Assembly: GCF_004010195.1 (NCBI RefSeq)
Contig: NC_057719.1
Coordinates: 35,538,107 to 35,561,665 of the forward strand
Reading direction: 5' to 3'
Length of the DNA stretch: 23,559 nucleotides
From: Chiloscyllium plagiosum
Taxonomy: Eukaryota
Below are positions 13,418-23,559 of this stretch, piece after piece. How positions within the stretch are numbered: the stretch's first letter is position 1; each line of letters begins with the position of its first letter. Both the position numbers and the translations under genes were made by a program. Below the pieces are notes generated by a model, which worked only from the letters and a program-made list of their open reading frames with translations, did no database searches and had not been told where the DNA came from.

Positions 13418-13626
13418 GAGAAAGTGAGGTCTGCAGACGCTGGAGATCAAAGCTGAAACTTTATTGCTGGAACAGCACAGCAGGTCAGGCAGCATCTAGG
13501 GAACAGAAGATTCGACGTTTCGGGCACATGCCCTTCTTCAGGAAGGGCATGTGCCCGAAACGTCGAATCTTCTGTTCCCTAGATGCTGCCTGACCTGCTG
13601 TGCTGTTCCAGCAATAAAGTTTCAGC
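13418..13626. mobile_element. Short fold-back element inserted in L1 ORF2, with 15-bp TSD and perfect 86-bp inverted repeat
   Basis: TSD TAAGTTCCTATTGGG (13403-13417, 13627-13641); arms 13451-13536 and 13542-13627 are exact reverse complements around loop TTCAG. Confidence 0.93.
13509..13544 (-). ncRNA. Candidate minimal type I hammerhead ribozyme motif
   Basis: Minus strand UUC CUGAAGA A GGGC AUGU GCCC GAAAC GUC GAAUC: CUGANGA core, stem II, GAAA, palindromic ACGU stem III, GUC cleavage triplet; stem I only 3 bp and one extra A before stem II. Confidence 0.6.
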
Positions 13627-15136
13627 TAAGTTCCTATTGGGTCTTGTCTGACCCGCAATCAATCTGGCTGGACATCGAGGCTTCTCAAGTAAAATGCCCA
13701 CTTATTAACCTTTTTTTTTAGACAAGAGGAAAATCATTACGGATCACTGTAAAAACCCTATAATACTAAACACAATTAAAGTTTGGAATATAATGCGGCA
13801 AAACGAGGGCAACTCACAAAACATCCCCCTATGCTCCGATAGTGGGAGCATGGGGATTTCAACTGGGGTTTACAGATGCCACTTTCAAACTCTGGAGATC
13901 CAGGGTATCTTTTGTTTAGGGGATCTATTTAAAGAAGGGGTCCTGATGCCTTTTGAACAGCTGCGTCAGAAATTCGGATTACCCAATGAAGACCTCTTTC
14001 GATACTTCCAAATTCGAGATTATATACAGAAGACGACTACGTTACTAGATAGTCTTTACAAATCAGATAGAGAATGTAGAGTGCTATGGTCAATGGGGGT
14101 ATCTTCCGTCAGTATGATTTATCATTTACTACATGATGAAGTGTCGGGAGATATGGACAATCTGCTTAAAACATGGGATCAGGATTTGGGACTAGAAATC
14201 TCTCTAGAAACGTGGAGTGACATTTGGGAAAATGCCAGAAGAATCACCATCTGCAACAGAACTCAGGCTATTCAGCAGAAGATACTTCATAGGGCCCATA
14301 CAGCACCGGATCGATTGGCAAACTTTAAGGCAGGAGCATCTCCAATGTATCCCAAATGTAAAATAGAAGTGGGCACTCTTGTACATTGCCTATGGACCTG
14401 TCATAAGATCTGTAGATATTGGACTAAAGTAGCAAGTGCTCTGACAGAAATCCTAGGAACGGAAATTAGAGTGGACTCTGTATCCCTCCTTTTGGGCTTT
14501 TCAAACTTTTCCTTCCTGGATATGCACAGGAACAGGTTATTTTCTATTCTCTCTTTCTGTGCAAGGAAAAATATTTTGGTAGACTGGGTGGCTGAGGACC
14601 CTGGACTTTCAAATTGGCACAGATTAATTATGGAATGTATTCCCCTTGACTTCCTTACAAATATGGTGCACCAAAAGACCGAATTATTCCATAAAATATG
14701 GCAGCCCTTCTTGAATTATATGAATACAGATATCTCGGCCAACCTAACAAGGATTTTTATTTATTTGAGATGGCGAACCTGGCTGGTCCGGGCCCTCTTG
14801 GGAGAGGAATCCTGCACGAATACGGGTTTTGTTACATTCAATGTTAATACATTCCGAGCATGTATCTCGCTACCCAATTTATGTTATCCGTCGTTTTTTT
14901 TTCTCTTATTTGAATAACGTGAGAGACTTAATTATACATTCTGGTTAGTTGTAGGTTAGATTAGTAGTTAGTTGAGCTTTTTTTTCCCCTCTTATTTTTC
15001 TTTTGTTAAATGTTGGTTATTATTTATTTAAGATTTAATTGTATATCAATGTTTATACTTGGATTTTTTTTTTATTTTTGTAAACTTGCAAAAATGTTAA
15101 ATTTTCAATAAAAATAGCTATATAAAAAAACAGTTA

Positions 15137-15295
<159 letters not shown>

Positions 15296-15734
15296 CTATC
15301 AAGGTAACATTTGCTAGAAAATTAAATGCTGCTTATTAACAGATGCTAGTTTTAAAATTACTTGTTTACAACCAAGTATGATTTTGGGAAGGCAGATTTG
15401 AGGACAACAGCATCAATAGATTGAATACCATGTACACATGCAGAAAATCAAATGCGAATCCAACAACAAAGTTACTCAAAACCCAATCGATGCAATTGAG
15501 TGGTACCTTTTACAGTCATCTTCAAAGTGCTGATTGTTTGAAATTTTGAACAGGTAAATCTGTTTTCATAAAGCCTATGTCATTGCCCAGCACTGATTTC
15601 TTTTCCAGGCTGTTGTTTAGTCCTGTATGTATCTCCACAGTTTTCTTCAGTTCTACTGTTATTCTTATTTAACTTTCTGGCAGAAGACTATTTTTAATTG
15701 TACTGAATTCAGACTGAGTAGATCTTATAAATGG

Positions 15735-15826
15735 TTTTGAGAAGATTAGTAGCTCAGGTTGAGGTTCTGGATGTAGGTTTGCTCTCATGAACTTTCCAGC
15801 TCAGTGAGCAAACCTACATCCAGAAC
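15735..15826. repeat. Solo Penelope terminal fragment arranged as a hairpin
   Basis: Exact 21-bp inverted arms GTTCTGGATGTAGGTTTGCTC (15764-15784) and GAGCAAACCTACATCCAGAAC (15806-15826); CCAGCTCAGTGAGCAAAC and GAGCTAC.AATCTTCTC are shared with the 3' end of the PLE at about 9762-9820. Confidence 0.8.
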
Positions 15827-16425
15827 ATCTTATAACATTCCATTTACATTCAAGTCAATTAGCTTTTCAAACACAATACCCTCAAGATACAGCAAATGCC
15901 AGTTGTGGCTTGCAACTTTTTGAAAATACATCAAGAGCGTTTACACTTGTCCATTGGTATGACATCACAGGAATTCTCATACTGGAAACTTGTGCTCTGC
16001 TTTGGGGATAAGTTTGCTTTCGGTCATTTGAAAAATTCATGGGAGAGAGAGAGAAATTCAAATAAGAACAGAAAAACATTGGTGGTGGCCAATGCTTTTA
16101 AGGTGTTTTACTGGCCAAAGATGTGGCTGTGTGTCAGCCTTACTGTGGACAGCAGTATCGCCAATCACAATGCCATCAGATGTCACTGAATCAGAGCTTT
16201 ACATGATTGGTTACCAGACCATAATGAGATGCACTCATTTTCTGCTCTGTCCCCTTCCCCAATTATGCTGATCACCACAGCCCAGGAGGCAAACTAGGGA
16301 TCATCAGTATTTTTCATGTATGATCTATAGACATCATTAATAGTTAAGAAAATGTCATTTAGTGTTCTTAGTGCAGCTAAACCATGAAAATAAAACATTT
16401 CTTAAACTCTTGAACAGATGTTTCA

Positions 16426-16824
<399 letters not shown>

Positions 16825-17241
16825 TTAAATATTCAAAATAAACATTAATTTGATATAGGAAAAAGATGAGAAATATTGAAGACAAATTGAGAATGTGTTT
16901 CAAAGTATGTTACAAACACGCTTTTTATTAATTGGCACCTATGGGATCAGGAGGTCCTCAATGTAAAACGCACACTAAGTAATGTAGGGGTATACACATC
17001 ACTTATGCTTTATAGCATAAATCACTGAAATAATAATGCAAACTACTCTGACAATAAGCTTCCAGTATTTGAGGTATGTAATCTCACATTCTCCTCTGCA
17101 TATAACTTTTGCCAATTTATCAATAGTATTGGTTCATAAGGTGACAATTTGAAGAAGGTTTGCTGGACATCTTCAATTTAACACAAACTGTCCTTGGCAG
17201 CACTAAAATTTGACCTCAACGGACAAAGGATGCTCACTCAC

Positions 17242-17433
17242 CAAGTGTTCAAGTTTCCTCCTACGAAGTGCTGGTTGTTCCATCAACACAGAATCTGCCA
17301 ACACAGTCAAAGTAGCTTCCACATTAACTAGGACTGGTGCGAGTGGGGACTGACCACCACTTGCTCCATTATTCAGGGCATTTTCCACATTTTCTGACCA
17401 TGATATCTGAGCGGAAAGGACAACAAGCTGGGC
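17242..17433 (-). CDS. DYNC1H1: Dynein heavy chain exon 3 of 14 (192 nt)
   Basis: tgtag|GCC CAG CTT GTT ... GAA CAC TTG|gtgag; [20 protein letters not shown]...[21 protein letters not shown]. Confidence 0.96.
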
Positions 17434-17524
17434 CTACATTTAAAGATAAAAACGCAAGAATATCCAGTTATCCCCACACTGCAATTTCACTTCAAATTAC
17501 TAATTCTCATTTCTGCATACATAC

Positions 17525-17713
17525 CTGGTATTTATCTATCCAGGAAATGTAGTCGGCAGCATCAATTGAAGTGCCTTGACCAAAGATTCCAACTTCCGTG
17601 ACCGATTCAGCGAGCAACTTGGCCAAGGTAACCCTCATTTCCTTCTCCACTAAGGTTAGCCACTCATTAATCTTAGGGTGCTCAGTGATTGAAACAGGAG
17701 TCTTAAAAAGCAC
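17525..17713 (-). CDS. DYNC1H1: Dynein heavy chain exon 2 of 14 (189 nt)
   Basis: gacag|GTG CTT TTT AAG ... AAA TAC CAG|gtatg; [41 protein letters not shown]...WIDKYQ; phase 0/0. Confidence 0.96.
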
Positions 17714-17801
17714 CTGTCAGATAATGTATGTAGGTCCTCAATGTTAAATTGAAAGATAATCATACCAAGTATTCTTTCTGCTACATTTAAACAATATACT
17801 A

Positions 17802-18056
<255 letters not shown>

Positions 18057-18109
18057 CTAAGACACGTAACAAAAGGTAAGCAGCATTTGAACCATTAGGC
18101 TACTCTGCC

Positions 18110-20135
18110 ACAGTAAACTGGAAAATCTGTTAATGTATAAAAGAACTGAAGAACAGTGGGAGGATGTAAAAAAACATTTAGTGCAATACAGAACCAGTTT
18201 ATACCAGAGAGGGGAAAAAAACTACACTTCACACGGGAAAAAACCATAGCCATGAACAACTAAAGAAATAATATATTACTAAAGGAACTTACAAAAATAC
18301 AAAACACAACACGGTCTGCTGAATGGGACAGATACAAAGATCAAAGGACCAGAAAGCAACTTAGTAAGAGCTACCAAAGGGATTAGGAATGGAAAAACTG
18401 GCAAAAGGCATCAAAATCAATGAACATTTAGAGCAACATAAAAAGAAATCCTGCGATCAGGAGCAATGTTGATCCACTAAAGACTGAAAGTGGGGATATC
18501 AATGACGATGGGGAAATATCAGACTTTAATTTGTCTGCCTCAGTATATCCAATAGAAAAGGAGGCTAGCTTGCTATAAACCCTGAGGAAATTAATGTTGG
18601 ATCAAAACAGGGACTTAAAATCATTAATAATAAAGAAATTAATGGTCAAATCCCCAGGACCTGAAGGTTTCCATCTTCAGAAGCAAAGGAAGGAGTGGTG
18701 TACAGTAAAAAAAATTTAGAGCATCTACAGAAGTTTCCTAGATTCAGGAGTCATCCCTCTGGATTTGAAAATTGCACGTTAATCTGCTTTTTAAAGTAGG
18801 GCTAAAGGCGAAAACAGGAAATTACAGACGAGTCAGCCTAATATCTGTGAAGGAGAAATTGTTGAAGTCTATAATCAAGGATAACTAACTGAAAATCTGA
18901 AGTGCTCAACAGGGGACAAAGAACATGGATTCATAACAGGTAGCTCATGTCTGACAAACCTCAAATTGTTTCTTTTTGTTTTGAAGAGGTAAACAAAGTT
19001 GACAGGTGAATGTTTATTCAGGCTGTTTAAATAGACTTCTAGAGGTATTTGATAAAGTTCTATGTAATACACTTAACAAAGGTAGAAGCCCAAAGAATTG
19101 AGGGCAAATTATGAACATGTCTAGGAAATTGGTTGAGTGGTAGGTGAAAGTAGGGATAATAGGTACTCAAATTGGCAGGATGTGACTAGTGGTGTCCCAC
19201 AAAGATCTATGTAAGGCCTCAATTATGCACATTTATTAATGACTTGCAATTTGTTGATAAAAAGTTAGGCAGCATCGTAGACATGCAGATAGTAGTATAA
19301 AATTACTAATGGATATTAATAGACTTGGGGAATGGGCATAACAATTGCAGATAATTTCATTACAAGCAAGTCAGTTATACATTTTGGATCAAAAAAGGAC
19401 AGAACAGGGCACTTTCTGGACAGTACGAAGTTGAATATAGTTAAGGGTTCACGTGCATAGATCTTTAAAAAGCCATAAAAATGTGCAGAAAATAATCAAG
19501 GCAGCTAATCAAAGTTGGCCTTTATATCCAGAGGGCTGAATTTTAAGGATGCAGAAGTCATAACACCAGCTATAAAAAAACCTCTGGTTAGACCCCACTT
19601 GTAGTACTGATAACAGATCTAAGCATCACACCTTAGGATATGCTGACGTTGGATCAAGTATAATGCAGGTTTATAAGAATGAAACCTGGACTTCAGGGGG
19701 ATTAAGTTATGAGGAAAGGTTAAACAAATTAGGCTTGCTCTCTCTAAAATTTAGAACATCAGGGGGTGAACTGATTAAAGTTTTCAAATATATAAACAGC
19801 AAGAAAGAGTAAATAAACAATTTTTGCTGGATTCTGGAACTAATGGGCATAGTCTGGAAGTCAGGGCCAGACCGAATTGCTGTTCAGGAGAAATTATAGA
19901 AAGTACTTCAACAAACAAGGGTGGTTAAGATTTAGAATTCTCTTCCACAAATGGCAGTTCAAGCTAGATCAGTTATTCAGGTTAAATCAGAGACAGAAGT
20001 TTATGTTAAGCAAAGGTATTATGGGATATGGGTGTTAGGTGTTATGGTGTATGGAGTTAGGTGTAGATTAGCCATGATCTCATTGAATGGCAGATAGACG
20101 TAAGGGGCTGAAGGGCCTACTCCTGTTCTTATGAG
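18110..20135 (+). mobile_element. Old, heavily degenerate CR1 LINE (linker, RT, 3' UTR)
   Basis: DNA motifs AAATCCCCAGGACCTGA (KSPGP), GGAAATTACAGACGAGTCAGCCTA (GNYR.VSL), GTGACTAGTGGTGTCCCA (VTSGVP), CTGGTTAGACCCCACTTG (LVRPHL); 3' end GGGGCTGAAGGGCCTACTCCTGTTC; no long ORF; boundaries approximate. Confidence 0.82.
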
Positions 20136-20199
20136 TCATGAGAGAATGCGGACACATAGTAAGAATTAAAGGAAATGTTCTTACAAAAGTATCATGGAC

Positions 20200-20380
20200 T
20201 CGAGAGGGTGAGTTGATATTCAAAGTTGAGATAGATTTTTTTTTAAATCAGAAAGGGAAACGACTTATGGGGAAATGACAGGAAAGTGGAATTGCGGTCA
20301 TCAGGTTAGCCATTATCTCAATGAATGGTGGAGTTGATTTGATGGGCTGAAGACCTATATCTACTCCTTATGGTCTTCTA
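20200..20380 (+). mobile_element. Short CR1 3'-end fragment
   Basis: TTCAAAGTTGAGATAGATT...TTAGCCATTATCTCAATGAATGGTGGAG...GATGGGCTGAAGACCTATATCTACTCCT parallels 19975-20135. Confidence 0.65.
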
Positions 20381-20419
20381 ACCAATTAATAAATTCATAG
20401 TTGAACAATATCAATTTTA

Positions 20420-20680
20420 CTTTCCAATCCTATCCCACATCTTTTTATCCCTTTACTGTCCAATCATCTACTGAACTCAGTTGTGATCTTCAGAATCAAA
20501 CATCAATTACATTTCAGACTAAGGGAAGAGACCTTTGCTCATCTCAGTCCTAATTGAACAAAATCCCTAATTCTAAACATTCAAGCAGGAAAGACAGTTT
20601 CTTAGCACCCACCTTGTCAAGCCCTTTCTGAGCGTTGTTTTAATGAGATTATCTCCCATTTAGAGGGCAACCATCTCAGC
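20420..20680 (-). mobile_element. Degenerate antisense CR1-like fragment
   Basis: CTCATCTCAGTCCTAA, CCCACCTTGTCAAGCCC and ATGAGATTATCTC resemble the reverse complement of CR1 RT C-terminal DNA. Confidence 0.45.
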
Positions 20681-20852
20681 TCAAATACAATCTAAAGAAT
20701 ATTCATTGTGCCTAATTTACAGCAAGCTTGTCCTTCCTCAGACAAGAACCATACATATTACTCAGACAGATGGGTGACAGTGAGGGGGACTGGGAGGAAG
20801 CAGCCAGTGCAGGGACCCCGAAGCCGCTCCCCTCAAGAACAAGTATACAGTT

Positions 20853-21467
20853 TTGGATACTTGTGGGGGTGACGACTTACCAGGGGTAAGCAATGGGGTT
20901 CAGGCCTCTGGCACGGAGCCTGTCCCCGTTGCTCAGAAGGGAAGGGTGGAGAAGAGCAGAGCAATAGTTATTGGGGACTCAATAGTTTGGGACACAGATA
21001 GGCGGTTTTGTGGGGGCGGGAGAGACTCACGTTTGGTATGTTGCCTCCCAGGTGCAAGGGTACGTGACGTCTCTGATTGTGTTTTCCGGGTCCTTAAGGG
21101 GGAGGGGGAGCAGCCCGAAGTCGTGGTCCACATTGGCACCAACGACATAGGTAGGAAGAGGGCTGAGGATGTTAGGCAGGCTTTCAGGGAGCTAGGTTGG
21201 AAGCTCAGAGTTAGAACAAACAGAGTTGTTGTGTCTGGTTTGTTACCCGTGCCACATGATAGAGAGTCGAGGAATAGGGAGGGAGAACAGGTAAATGCAT
21301 GGCTACAGGGATGGTGCAGGAGGGAGGGATTCCGGTATCTGGATAACTGGGGTTCTTTCTGGGGAAGGTGGGACCTCTATAAACAGGATGGTCTACACCT
21401 GAACCTGAGGAGCACCAGTATCCTTGGGGGAAGGTTTGTTAGTGCTCTTGGGGGGGGTTTAAACTAA
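20853..21467 (+). pseudogene. CR1 ORF1 C-terminal SGNH/GDSL esterase-like domain (204-aa open stretch)
   Basis: GDS, G, GTND and DGLH blocks occur in SGNH order; the N-terminus is missing because the element is truncated. Confidence 0.85.
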
Positions 21468-22342
21468 CTCTGCAGGGGCATGGGAACCCAGACTGTAGCT
21501 TTAGGGTGCAGGAACTGGAGTGTAGGGAGGTTAGGAACATGGCATCAATCTCAAAGGAGGGTGCCTGTAAACAGGAAAGTGGCTTGAAGTGTGTATACTT
21601 CAATGCAAGAAGTATACGAAATAAGGGAGGTGAACTTGCAGCGTGGGTTGGTACCTGCGATTTCAATGTTGTGGCCATTTCAGAGACATAGCTAGAGGAG
21701 GGACAGTGATGGTTGTTGCAGATTCCAGAATTTAGATGTTTCTGTAAGAACAGAGATGATGTAAAAGAGGGGGTGGTTTGGCATTGTTAACCAAAGGTAG
21801 TATTACAGAAGCTGAGACAACTTTGAGGACTCATCCACTGAGGTAGTTTGGGCTGAGGTTAGGAACAGGAAAGGCGAGGTCACCCTGTTAGGAGTTTTCT
21901 ACAGGCCTCCTAATAGTCCTAGAGACGTAGAAGAAAGGATTGCGAAGATGATTCAGGAGTAGAGTGAAAGTAATAGGGTGGTTGTTATGGGGGCTTTAAC
22001 TTTCCAGATATTGACTGGGAAAGCTATAGCTCGAGTTCATTAGATGGGTTGGTGTTTGTCCAAGGTGTGCAGGAGGTTTCCTGACACAATATGTAGACAG
22101 GCCAACAAGAGGCGAGGCCATACTGGATTTGGTTCTGGGTAACGAACCAGGCCAGGTGTTAGAATTGGAGGTAGGTGAGCACTTTGGGGACAGTGACCAC
22201 AATTCGGTGACTTTTACTCTAGTGATGGAAAGGGATAAGTGTGCACTGCAGGGCAAGAGTTATAGCTGGGGGCAGGGAAATTATGATGCGGTGAGGCACG
22301 ACTTAGGATGCGTGGCTTGGAAAAGTAGGCTTCAAGGGAAGG

Positions 22343-22418
22343 GCTGAAAGTGTTGCTGGAAAAGCGCAGCAGGTCAGGCAGCTCTGATCTCCAGCATCTG
22401 CAGTCCTCACTTTCTCCT
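22343..22418. repeat. Truncated fragment of the fold-back family at a deletion junction in CR1 ORF2
   Basis: TTGCTGGAAAAGCGCAGCAGGTCAGGCAGC joined to TCTGATCTCCAGCATCTGCAGTCCTCACTTTCTCC, the reverse complement of the family start GGAGAAAGTGAGGACTGCAGATGCTGGAGATCA. Confidence 0.85.
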
Positions 22419-22882
22419 CGGTAGTAGTTGATGGTAAAGGTTCATCTTGGATTGCAGTTACTAGCGGTGTTCCGCAAGGATCTGTTTTGGGACCATTGCT
22501 GTTTGTCATTTTTATAAATTACCTGGAGGAGGGGCTAGAAGGTTGGGTGAGCAAGTTTGCGGATGATACGAAAGTCGGTGGAGTTGTTGACAGTGAGGAA
22601 GGATGTGTCAGGTTACAGCGGGATACAGATAAGCTGCAGAGCTGGGCAGAAAGGTGGCAAATGGAGTTCAATGTAGGCAAGTGTGAGGTGATTCACTTTG
22701 GTAAGAGTAACAAAAAGATGGGGTACTGGGCTAATGGTCGGATACTTGGTAGTGTGGATGAGCAGAGGGATCTTGGTGTCCATGTACACAGATCTCTGAA
22801 AGTTGCCACCCAAGCAAATAGTGCGGTGAAGGCGGCATATGGTGTACTGGCTTTTATTGGTAGAGGATTTGTTTTTATTTGT

Positions 22883-23200
22883 GGGTGGCACGGTGGCACA
22901 GTGGCTAGCACTGTTGCCTCACAGCGCCAGAGACCCGGGTTCATTTCCCGCCTCAGGCGACTGACTGTGTGGAGTTTGCACGTTCTCCCCGTGTCTGCGT
23001 GGGTTTCCTGCGGGTGCTCCGGTTTCCTCCCACAGTCCAAAGATGTGCAGGTTAGGTGAATTGGCCATGCTAAATTGTCCGTGTTAGGTAAGGGGTAAAT
23101 GTAGGGGGGTATGGGTGGTTTGCGCTTCGGCGGGTCGGTGTGGACTTGGTGGGCCGAAGGGCCTGTTGCCACACTGTAAAGTAATCTAAATCTAATCTAA
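22883..23200 (+). mobile_element. Full-length V-SINE (HE1-like) nested in the CR1 RT region
   Basis: A box TGGCACAGTGG (22894-22904), B box GGTTCATTTCC (22938-22948), V-core, AATCT-repeat tail; CR1 reads ...ATTGGTAGAGGA before and GGAATTGAGTTCCGG after. Confidence 0.94.
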
Positions 23201-23559
23201 AGGAATTGAGTTCCGGAGTACTGAGGTCATGTTGCAGTTGTATAAGACTCTGGTGCGGCCGCATCTGGAGTAGTGTGTGCAGTTTTGGTCGCCATACTAT
23301 AGGAAGGTTGTGGAGGCACTGGAAAGGGTGCAGAGGAGGTTTACCAGGCTGTTGCCTGGTATGGTAGGAAGATCGTATGAGGAAAGGCTGAGGCACTTAG
23401 GGCTGTTTTCACTGGAGAAAAGAAGGTTTAGGGGTGACTTGATAGAGGTGTACAAGATGATTAGGGGTTTAGATAGGGTCAACAGTGAGAATCTTTTTCC
23501 ACGTATGGAGGCAGCTATTACAAGGGGGCATAGCTTTAAATTAAGGGAGGGTAGGTATA

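Larger units (their letters stand above)
10903..14770 (+). pseudogene. Disrupted L1 ORF2 (APE endonuclease, reverse transcriptase, C-terminal Cys/His motif)
   Basis: WNVKG, LLQESHL, IIGGDFN (endonuclease); LLNVDFKILSK, SLDTEKAFD, RQGCPLSPLLF, LYADD (RT); PKCKIEVGTLVHCLWTC (CCHC-like); split across many frames; end approximate. Confidence 0.92.
10759..15125 (+). mobile_element. 5'-truncated L1-clade LINE (no ORF1), with ORF2, 3' UTR, polyA signal and TSD
   Basis: TSD AAAACCAGTTACAGC (10744-10758) and AAAAACAGTTATAGC (15126-15140), 13/15 identical; TT/AAAA at the 5' junction; AATAAA at 15107-15112; T-rich 3' UTR. Confidence 0.92.
20765..23559 (+). mobile_element. CR1 LINE with partial ORF1 (SGNH esterase) and broken ORF2; runs off the window; interrupted by a fold-back fragment and a SINE
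   Basis: ORF1 motifs VIGDS, CCLPGA, VHIGTND, DGLHLN; ORF2 endonuclease CVYFNARSIRNK, VAISET, LDLVLGN, GDSDHN; RT TSGVPQGSVLGPLLF, KFADDTK, WQMEFNVGKC. Confidence 0.94.

Noticed and set aside
13451..13627. Hairpin as a miRNA precursor, intrinsic terminator or CRISPR repeat
   Set aside because: Perfect pairing, a TSD and related copies nearby indicate a mobile element; the context is eukaryotic and there is no repeat-spacer array.
13793..14917. 374-aa ORF as a standalone gene
   Set aside because: It is the C-terminal part of L1 ORF2 reading into the 3' UTR.
15860..16330. Possible conserved non-coding element or 97-aa ORF (15896-16189)
   Set aside because: No recognisable motif, and conservation cannot be assessed without alignments.

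Overview
Vertebrate genomic DNA, most likely from a shark (inferred from HE1-type V-SINEs and HER1/CR1-type LINEs). The window lies inside the cytoplasmic dynein 1 heavy chain gene (DYNC1H1) on the minus strand. I resolved 14 consecutive internal coding exons (18015 down to 281, 2728 nt, about 909 codons), all with GT-AG introns and matching phases. They encode the end of the linker, AAA1 ([15 protein letters not shown]), AAA2 (GPSGSGKS) and the run-up to AAA3. The introns hold many retroelements: three CR1 LINEs, a 5'-truncated L1 with a 15-bp TSD beside a splice donor, a Penelope RT/GIY-YIG remnant, a probable RTE remnant, three V-SINEs and a tRNA-Ser pseudogene. The most unusual feature is a family of short non-coding fold-back elements (6960-7133, 13418-13626, partial copy 22343-22418). 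The two longer copies each have an exact 15-bp TSD and a minimal hammerhead-ribozyme-like core, and one contains a perfect 86-bp inverted repeat. They are probably Penelope-related; whether the family is new cannot be settled without database searches.
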